Positions 55,541 through 64,000 of a stretch of 64,000 nt of DNA are shown in pieces. Each line of letters starts with the position of its first letter. Position 1 is the first letter of the stretch. A program made the position numbers and the translations under genes. The notes beneath the pieces are model-generated. The model was not told the DNA's origin. It worked only from the letters and a program-made list of their open reading frames with translations, and made no database searches. Source of the stretch: Eledone cirrhosa (taxonomy: Eukaryota); NCBI GenBank assembly GCA_964016885.1, contig OZ024740.1:194618001-194682000 (forward strand), in the 5' to 3' direction.

Positions 55541-56992
55541 ATGGCTAAAAAGACTCCCATAGGAAGGTGGATTGGGTGGACCAAAGCCATACGGACCCCC
55601 CAAAACACTGATCAGGTAAGAAAAATGGTCGCACATGCAATAGGGGCTAGTATCAAAACTACCCTAAAGGACCACATATTTAAGTTCAATGAGAAAATCT
55701 ACACCCAAAATGAGGGAGCAGCCATCGGCGTCAGCATAGCTGGTGATGTTGCCAACCTTTTCATGGTATGGTGGGAAAGGAGACTTAAAGATCTCCTTAA
55801 TGAAAGCTCCATAGACCTCATCATGTACTCTCGTTATGTAGACGATATCAATATAGTTATAAGAACACCCCCACTAGAGAGCACTAACAAGTTTGATTTA
55901 GAACGTAGCACGATGGAAAGCATCCAGCAGATAGCTAATTCCATACACCAGAGTATAACTGTAACTATAGACTTCCCTTCCAAACACCCTAACAATAGAC
56001 TACCTGTATTAGACACAGAACTCTGGATTAACACTATAGACGAGAGAGCCCAAATTCTCCACTCACACTATGCTAAACCCATGGCCTCCAAATACCTGAT
56101 ACTCAAAAACTCAGCAATGTCTAGTAGTGCTAAGTTTAATATTCTGATCGCAGATTTGGTACGAGTGATGAAGAATGTGTCCAGCATGTGCGACCCAACA
56201 GAAATGGAAAGACACATCCAACACTTCATCAACCGCATGCAGTTCTCTAGCTACAACCAAAGAGACAGAGTCAGAGTATACGAAGGAGCCATGGAAAAGT
56301 ATAAGACCCTCATAGAACTGGACATGAAAGGAATTTGCCCACTATACAGGAGCAAATCATGGAATAGCTTAGATAGGGCTAGACATAAGATAGGGAAGGC
56401 CACATCATGGTACGACAACCAGAGATATCAGAGTGTCATGTTTGTGGACGCCACCCCTGGAGGGAAATTAGCTAACCAGTGTAGAAAGGCCTTGAGAAAG
56501 ACCCACTTAAAAATAAAGGTGGTAGAAAAGCCAGGAACCACCATAAAATCCCTGATCAGCAAAACCTACCCTTTTAAGAAAACCCACTGTACCAATAGGA
56601 AGTGTATCATATGTAAGGTGAACCCCCGGATAAACTGTAAAACTAGAAACGTAGTCTATAGCATAAGATGTACAGAGGGTACTTGCAGAAACATGACAAC
56701 AACATACATAGGTGAGACAGCTCGTAGCATAGGTGAAAGGATAGACCAACACTGGGGGGAACTAAAAGGACGAAAAAACGGGTCAGTACTATACGAACAT
56801 GCTAGACAACAACATGACGGTAACATAGACAACATAGAAATTAGAATAATATCTAAACATAGGAATGACCCAGCAGATAGGCAAATCAGAGAGGCCAGTG
56901 AAATAGAAATTAGAAGACCAAAGCTAAACAGAAAGAATGAGTGGAACAACAACAACACCCAAACAAACAACAGTGACCTAAGAGAAGTATAA
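55541..56992 (+). CDS. Penelope-like reverse transcriptase (C-terminal half) + Cys-rich linker + GIY-YIG endonuclease
   Basis: FKFNEKIYTQNEGAAIG.S.AG.VANLFM, YSRYVDD, LPVLD, CxxxxCxxC...C linker, NVVYSIRC...YIGETARSIGERIDQH...RQIREA...LN.K.EW. No stops over 483 aa. Confidence 0.92.
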   Translation: MAKKTPIGRWIGWTKAIRTPQNTDQVRKMVAHAIGASIKTTLKDHIFKFNEKIYTQNEGAAIGVSIAGDVANLFMVWWERRLKDLLNESSIDLIMYSRYVDDINIVIRTPPLESTNKFDLERSTMESIQQIANSIHQSITVTIDFPSKHPNNRLPVLDTELWINTIDERAQILHSHYAKPMASKYLILKNSAMSSSAKFNILIADLVRVMKNVSSMCDPTEMERHIQHFINRMQFSSYNQRDRVRVYEGAMEKYKTLIELDMKGICPLYRSKSWNSLDRARHKIGKATSWYDNQRYQSVMFVDATPGGKLANQCRKALRKTHLKIKVVEKPGTTIKSLISKTYPFKKTHCTNRKCIICKVNPRINCKTRNVVYSIRCTEGTCRNMTTTYIGETARSIGERIDQHWGELKGRKNGSVLYEHARQQHDGNIDNIEIRIISKHRNDPADRQIREASEIEIRRPKLNRKNEWNNNNTQTNNSDLREV

Positions 56993-57267
56993 ATAAGTAA
57001 ATAAATAAAATAAAATAAAATAAGATAAATAAATACATACACAAGCACAATAACAACAAGCACATAAACACACACTAGTCACCCAGCAGACACAACACTA
57101 TACACACTAGTCACACAGCAAACATAACACTATACACACACGCAAACGCATGCGCAAAGAAGACAAAATAAAATAAACAAACAAGCAAATAAATAAATAA
57201 AGATATAGACAGACTGAATAAAAAATGGCGTAGACATACAACACAACAGGAGAAAAAAAAATATAAC

Positions 57268-57310
57268 ACCACTGACGATGTTGCAGATGTGCAACGAAAG
57301 ATTTATGTAA
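57268..57310 (+). ncRNA. Hammerhead core in the Penelope 3' region
   Basis: CTGACGA-T-GTTGCA GATG TGCAAC-GAAA-GATTTA. Stem II is perfect; stems I and III are very short. Confidence 0.6.
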
Positions 57311-58462
57311 ATTATGTAAACTATATATATGTGTTTGTGTCTATATTGTATCTGTATTATTTTTGACCGTCGGTCAGTCAATGGCAACATTGAGGACCGA
57401 TTAAGTTAGATCGCAGATATAAAAGACAGCGAGAAGCGAAAACCAACCAAACAGTGAGTGTGTTCTGTTATTAATTCTGGCAATATTACACAAATATGAC
57501 CCTCCCCAAGTATAACAATATTTGTTTCGACACACGATTTCATATAAAAAACCTCGCTAAACTATATATATATATATTATTTATGTTCATACACGAAACA
57601 AAAGCGCTACCTATGGTTTCGAGGCTCATTATTGACCATATCTCGAGGATGTAATAAGGATCAAATTTGAGACCTAGTTTTCAGATGTTTAGACGAGTTT
57701 GAAGATACCTCTAAATATATAGCTCGTTATATTCTTGTTTACAGAAACGTAGTATAACAAAAGTCAATAACTCAAAGATGTATATTTGAAATGGCTACGT
57801 AGGTGTACTCGTGCTTGTGTGTGTGCACTATAGCAAATATATTGTATTATGTAATATAGAGATTTTAATATTTATTAAGCTATGAAGTTGTGTAATATGA
57901 AAGGTATTATGTAAGTGTCGGAAAAGAAACGATATTAAGAAAGTATATAAATCAATATAAAGGTAGTTGAACATCAGATGAATTTGAGTGTCTCCATTAA
58001 CAAGATGTTGGCCTTTCAGATGTAGACATACTCCAAAAGATTTCGTTCTTTGATACCAAATAAATATTGATCGTAGACGACAAACCTTGTAATATTCTAA
58101 ATTTTTCAAAAATATATCTATATTAATATAGAGAGATGGTAAGGAATATATCATGACGCTGAATTAGTTTTGGTAAAAATTGATTTAATATGTCTTAGTA
58201 TAATTCACACTTCGTGAAATAAGTTCCAACTGTGTTCGGATAAATTGTTCCATAATTAAAATAAGTAGTGTGTGTGAAACAATTGTTCTCGGAAATGGGG
58301 AATTAACTGTTATGGAACTATTTCTATATATATATATAATCTGAGTTTTTCGAATATTAATAAAACATTCGATTCGTTTGCAATTTTGCAAACAAGCCTC
58401 AATTTTATAGCCATGTCAGTAGAATGAACACTTTATTCTTGCTCTTGTGTTGACATGCGAAA

Positions 58463-58503
58463 TGCAGACACTAATGTTTCTGGCATCACCCTTCATCAGT
58501 ACA
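58463..58503 (-). ncRNA. Type I hammerhead ribozyme (family F)
   Basis: Reverse complement: TGTA-CTGATGA-AGGGTGATGCCA-GAAA-CATTAGTG-TC-TGCA. GUC triplet. Confidence 0.7.
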
Positions 58504-58571
58504 GCTCACTGTTCACCTGCCAAACTGTCAGAGCTAGTGAAAATATATGCTATTTTCACAAATACACAGTG

Positions 58572-58680
58572 ACTGATCGGCCTGATTTGCATATTAGCAC
58601 ACTGGCTGATCAGTCAGATATGCATATTAGTAGATCCACTGATCAGCCAGATTTGCATATCAGCAGACTGGCCAGTCAGT
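58572..58680 (-). promoter_or_regulatory. Three 33-bp repeats, each carrying an octamer or near-octamer motif
   Basis: CTGATC.G.C.GATTTGCATAT.AG repeated three times (ATTTGCAT, ATATGCAT, ATTTGCAT). Confidence 0.5.
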
Positions 58681-59484
58681 TTCCTGTATACGAGCGATAA
58701 ATGGCCGACTTTGCCAAATTCAAATAAAAAAGAAAATTTCGCTCTACATGGCTGAATACAATAAATATAATCTGAGTTTTTCGAATATTATTCGATTCGT
58801 TTGCAATTATATATATATACACGCACTGAACACATGTAGCCGCATACATATCCATATAAAAATACATACATATATATGTATCGCAAGGACTCTATATCTT
58901 TATGATGTATTGTTTCGCAAGGACTCTATATCTTTATGATGTATTGTTTTTGTTTATGCCACGAAACTACGTAGTCGAGGAATCTAGGAGCAGTTTAGGT
59001 ATGATACATTTTATTACTAATTATATCTAAATGTTTCTTCTCTCTTCATAATGTATTTTTAACTCTGATACTGGTTCAGTCTAGTTCAACCGGATTGGTC
59101 TGTCCCAGTCATTCATTGAGCAACATCGGTGAAGTTGGCACCCTTAACTCACGGTTGGGTGCGGATGCATTCATGTATATGTGTGTGTCCGCATGTATCT
59201 GTGTGTTTCTAAATATATTGTTAATAACTCCCTCTGGTCGAGCAATCTTTGAGGTGTGGGGACTGCTGGAAAGCTTCCATTACTCATACTTCTCGCCCCC
59301 TTCACCACCTCTTCTACGGCTTCGATATAAATACCCCCTCCGCCTCCGTGGTATTTTCTTCGGGGTTATAAGAGGCTTAGCTCTGTTTCTCGACCGTTAT
59401 ATCGCGTGACTATCTCCCCCTCCGCCTTTTGGGATTCTTTCTCACGTCGTGTAGACGCGTTCTTGAGACTAGTAAAATGAGGTA

Positions 59485-59574
59485 TCCTCTTGATAAGTCG
59501 GCAGACCTCGCAAGGACTCTATATCTTTATGATGTATTGTTTTTGTTTATGCCACGAAACTACGTAGTCGAGGA
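59485..59574 (+). ncRNA. Type I hammerhead ribozyme, U3-A8 core variant (family G)
   Basis: TCCTC-TTGATAA-GTCGGCA...TGCCAC-GAAA-CTACGTAG-TC-GAGGA. Palindromic stem III, GUC triplet. Confidence 0.75.
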
Positions 59575-60077
59575 ATCTAGGAGCAGTTTAGGTATGATAC
59601 ATTTTATTACTAATTATACCTAAATGTTTCTTCTCTCTTCATAATGTATTTTTAACTCTGATACTGGTTCAGTCTAGTTCAACCGGATTGGTCTGTCCCA
59701 GTCATTCATTGAGCAACATCGGTGAAGTTGGCACCCTTAACTCACGGTTGGGTGCGGATGCATTCATGTATATGTGTGTGTCCGCATGTATCTGTGTGTT
59801 TCTAAATATATTGTTAATAACTCCCTCTGGTCGAGCAATCTTTGAAGTGTGGGAACTGCTGGAAAGCTTCCATTACTCATACTTCTCGCCTCCTTCACTA
59901 CCTCTTTTACGGCTTCGATATAAATACCCCCTCCGCCTCCGTGGTATTTTCTTCGGGGTTATAAGAGGCTTAGCTCTGTTTCTCGACCGTTATATCGCGT
60001 GACTATCTCCCCCTCCGCCTTTTGGGATTCTTTCTCACGTCGTGTAGACGCGTTCTTGAGACTAGTAAAATGAGGTA

Positions 60078-60167
60078 TCCTCTTGATAAGTCGGCAGACC
60101 TCGCAAGGACTCTATATCTTTATGATGTATTGTTTTTGATTATGCCACGAAACTACGTAGTCGAGGA
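60078..60167 (+). ncRNA. Second copy of the family G U3-A8 hammerhead
   Basis: Same core and stems as 59485-59574. Confidence 0.75.
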
Positions 60168-60258
60168 ATCTAGGAGCAGTTTAGGTATGATACATTTTAT
60201 TACTAATTATACCTAAATGTTTCTTCTCTCTTCATAATATATATATATATATATATAT

Positions 60259-61568
60259 AAATTGAAACAAAATGAAAACGAAATTTCATTTCTCACTCTT
60301 AGTATGGCACTTACTTAAATGTAAGTATGCATGTATACGTACATACATATATGTATACAGACGTACAGTAGCATGCACATATATATATATATATATACAT
60401 ATGCATACAGGTACACATACATATATGCACGTATCAGTTTAGCGGCGCTTATTATAACGTCGCTTTGTTCGTTTGTAAACAAACTGAACAGCCTGAATTT
60501 ATGCCATACGGTGTTAAGGCAACCACGTCACCTTTTTGTTCAACACTGACACAGGAACGATGTACTAGTTTCAAGCTTGTTAGCTATCATCAGCACCGTT
60601 TACCCATCTGCCAGATAGTTGAACGTTCGAAAGTATATACTTTCCTTATGAAAATTAACGGCTGAGCAGCCTAATTTGCATATTGAGTGAGTTAAATCGG
60701 TCAGGCATACCGAAAACGATAAATTGAAACAAAATGAAAACGAAATTTCATTTCTCACTCTTAGTATGGCACTTACTTAAATGTAAGTATGCATGTATAC
60801 GTACATACATATATGTATACAGACGTACAGTAGCATGCACATATATATATATATATACATATATATATACATATGCATACAGGTACACATACATATATGC
60901 ACGTATCAGTTTAGCCGCGCTTATTATAACGTCGCTTTGTTCGTTTGTAAACAAACTGAACAGCCTGAATTTATGCCATACGGTGTTAAGGCAACCACGT
61001 CACCTTTTTGTTCAACACTGACACAGGAACGATGTACTAGTTTCAAGCTTGTTAGCTATCATCAGCACCGTTTACCCATCTGCCAGATAGTTGAACGTTC
61101 GAAAGTATATACTTTCCTTATGAAAATTAACGGCTGAGCAGCCTAATTTGCATATTGAGTGAGTTAAATCGGTCAGGCATACCGAAAACGATAAATTGAA
61201 ACAAAATGAAAACGAAATTTCATTTCTCACTCTTAGTATGGCACTTACTTAAATGTAAGTATGCATAAAGTATGGGTACACGGTGCTGATGATAGCTAAC
61301 AAGCTTGAAACTAGTACATCGTTCCTGTGTCAGTGTTGAACAAAAAGGTGACGTGGTTGCCTTAACACCGTATGGCATAAATTCAGGCTGTTCAGTTTGT
61401 TTACAAACGAACAAAGCGACGTTATAATAAGCGCCGCTAAACTGATACGTGCATATATGTATGTGTACCTGTATGCATATGTATATATATATGTATATAT
61501 ATATATATGTGTGCATGCTACTGTACGTCTGTATACATATATGTATGTACGTATACATGCATACTTAC

Positions 61569-61570
<2 letters not shown>
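60259..61570. mobile_element. Family A hammerhead repeat: two tandem units (462 and 472 bp), a partial third and an inverted copy
   Basis: Unit starts at 60259, 60721 and 61193, with inversion at ~61275. Hammerheads at 60557-60599(-), 61029-61071(-) and 61280-61322(+). Confidence 0.9.
61280..61322 (+). ncRNA. Type I hammerhead ribozyme (family A)
   Basis: ACGGTG-CTGATGA-TAGCT AACA AGCTT-GAAA-CTAG-TA-CATCGT. Identical antisense copies at 60557-60599 and 61029-61071. Confidence 0.85.
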
Positions 61571-61630
<60 letters not shown>

Positions 61631-61864
61631 TGTGTGAGAAAGAGAAGTACGCGTTTATATATTTTCTAACAAGTATATATTTATAAACTAGCTCCTGACT
61701 TAAGATAACAAAATAAGAATCAAAGATAAGATGTACACACACATCTATATCATCCATAAATATATACATATACTTAAATACAAACATACATATTTATATT
61801 CATTTATTTATTTATTTATTTATTTATGCATATATATACGTATATATATACACGCACCTAACTA

Positions 61865-61899
<35 letters not shown>

Positions 61900-61912
61900 G
61901 CACCTATCTATG

Positions 61913-61944
<32 letters not shown>

Positions 61945-62360
61945 CGTGTGTGTGTGTGTGTGTGTATAAACATATATATACATGTATGTGTGTGTCAGTA
62001 TATATAAATATACATAAACATATATTTATGCATGCGTATGCACAAACTGTTTGCAACGTTATGTGCAAATTTTCACACCTACCTAAAAATATAAGATGCC
62101 AAGAAATATTGCCAAACTATCAAAATGTAGAGACTTTATACAAACTCTATATCATATACATTATATTATTTTATGTGTATTTGTAAATGTTTCTTCTCCG
62201 CCCTCTTTGCTTCTCTCTCTCTCTCTCCCTTTCTCTCTCTCTCTATTCCTATATACGTATATGAATTTTCACTCACACACACACAATCCCCCCCCCACTC
62301 GCATGCACACAGACAATATATATATGGTTAGATATATATATATACATACATAGTTATATT

Positions 62361-62435
<75 letters not shown>

Positions 62436-62454
62436 ACATATGTATGTATATAAT

Positions 62455-62521
<67 letters not shown>

Positions 62522-62839
62522 CGTGCTGGTGTGTAGATGTGATTGTATTTATATGTATGTATATATGTATGTATACATACGTATGTGCTTGTATTAATGT
62601 ATGAATGTATGTAAGTATATAAATAATTTAGTATACATGAGACATTGCTTCAAAGAAAATCCTCAGCACATATTTAACTTTTATATCTAATAACCGATCT
62701 AGATACACATGAAAAGTATATCAACATATATATTTTTCTATGCTTATATATAGACTCCTACATACATACATACATACATACATACATACATACATACATA
62801 CATACATACATACATACATACATACATACATACATACAT

Positions 62840-63820
62840 GAAAAAATATCATTAGAATAGCCACTGATCTGGAGGAGAGATATGGAATAAAGCCTGATAT
62901 AAATCTCTCACCCAGAGAAATCGGAAGATCCTATTCAATGTTAAAACAAGGTGAAAAAATTGACCAATTTACAGAAAAAGTTTTGCATGGATACTTGAGA
63001 CGTAAAACACAGACCATAGAGGGGATAAACCACTCAAAAAGCCTGGCATGGAGTTCCGACAAGTTTATGACATCACACCTGGAGGGATATCTCTATGCAA
63101 TACAGGAACAAGAACTCCCTACCAAATATCTGCTGCATAAAAGGGGAGAGCCATCAGCTGACAATAAATGTAGGCTATGTAAAACAAAGATCGAGGATGT
63201 AAGCCACATTGTTGCCAGCTGCGAAAGAATGTCATCTCGCTACTACCTCCCCATGAGACTCAATGGAATAGCTAGAACCATCTGGAACGCACTTCGGAAA
63301 ACAAAATTAACAACAAACGAGGAAGAATATATTGAGACAGATGGCACTAAGGAATACTGGTGAAACCTGAAAATAAAAACTGCCACCAAATTAAAGCACA
63401 ACCGGCCTGATATTGTTGTTTGGGACCGCACATTGAAAACGTGTTCTGTTGTGGAGATCAGCTGCCCACTTGTGGTAAACGTTGTCAGAAAAATACAGGA
63501 GAAGGAGGACTTCTACGGACCATTGATGAGGGGTTTACAAATCCAGTATCGAAGATACACCTTTAGCTTCATACCCATCATTATTGGAGCTACGGGTTAT
63601 ATACCAACCTGCTTGGACCAAAGTATGACTGAACTTGGATTTGCGGACAAAGAGCGGAGCTCCCTAATTCATAGTCTACAAATGGCTGCGATAACTGGCA
63701 CCTTCAAAATTTGCAAAACATTCTTGCGATTCAAGGGATGACAATTTCTTTTCTTTTACAACCTTGCCACCAGGAAGGTGGCCGGTCAAAAAAATATACT
63801 CGAAATTAAGAGAAAGAAAA
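62840..63820 (+). mobile_element. Second 5'-truncated R4/Dong-clade copy inserted in (CATA)n
   Basis: Nearly identical to ~30705-31693, with one TGG-to-TGA stop at 63361. Same 3' UTR hairpin. (CATA)n on both sides. Confidence 0.92.
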
Positions 63821-63889
63821 CATACATACATACATACATACATACATACATACATACATACATACATACATACATACATAACATATATA

Positions 63890-63975
63890 TCGGAGTTATC
63901 CCAGTTTCCTGAGATGCCTTCTCCTAGAATGCCCTGACAAAGGCTAGGGGTCCTTCACTCCCAGTGGTTTAACCG
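63890..63975 (-). mobile_element. Fragment related to the 5' part of the RTE-derived retroposon
   Basis: Reverse complement GACCCCTAGCCTTTGTCAGGGCATTCTAGGAGAAGG resembles 27562-27602. Confidence 0.55.
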
Positions 63976-64000
63976 TGCGGTACATGTGTACATACATATA

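Larger units (their letters stand above)
55467..57562 (+). mobile_element. 5'-truncated Penelope-like retroelement
   Basis: Intact RT-to-GIY-YIG frame, A/C-rich 3' region, hammerhead core at 57272, and a terminus shared with 35257-35322 that ends in (TA)n. Confidence 0.9.
58336..58808. mobile_element. Family F: ~430-bp hammerhead unit with terminal direct repeat
   Basis: ATAATCTGAGTTTTTCGAATATTA...TTCGATTCGTTTGCAATT at 58336 and 58767. Bounded by (TA)n. Confidence 0.7.
58881..60237 (+). repeat. Family G: 593-bp head-to-tail tandem repeat (~2.2 units) with one hammerhead per unit
   Basis: Units offset by exactly 593 bp with only a handful of substitutions. A ~34-bp stutter duplication at the 5' end. 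Bounded by (TA)n. Confidence 0.92.

Noticed and set aside
57608-57690. Minus-strand CTGAAAA...GAAACC hammerhead candidate
   Set aside because: The C3-A8 mismatch is uncompensated and stem I is poor.
59095-60216. Duplicated 104-aa and 64-aa ORFs
   Set aside because: They recur only because of the 593-bp tandem repeat, start at TTG and show no recognisable domain.

Overview
AT-rich animal DNA with no recognisable host gene exon. The SINE and microsatellite make-up resembles an octopus/cephalopod genome (inference). The window is essentially a stack of transposon debris and microsatellites. Retroelements: two Penelope-like elements (RT + GIY-YIG), three R4/Dong-type RLE retrotransposon pieces (two young copies inside (CATA)n arrays), several RTE fragments plus a ~600-bp non-autonomous RTE derivative, an old APE-type LINE and many tRNA-derived SINEs. 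DNA elements: two Helitrons, a Tc1/mariner fragment and MITEs. The main result is about 19 hand-folded type-I hammerhead ribozyme motifs with an intact CUGANGA (or compensated U3-A8 UUGAUAA) core plus GAAA, and a few core variants. They belong to roughly a dozen sequence-unrelated short elements. Almost all are bounded by (TA)n and arranged as head-to-tail tandems or long fold-back palindromes, and two families carry an ATGCAAAT octamer ~60-80 nt upstream of the ribozyme. This looks like a diverse Penelope-driven retrozyme system. All folds and alignments were done by eye, so boundaries are approximate and catalytic activity is untested.
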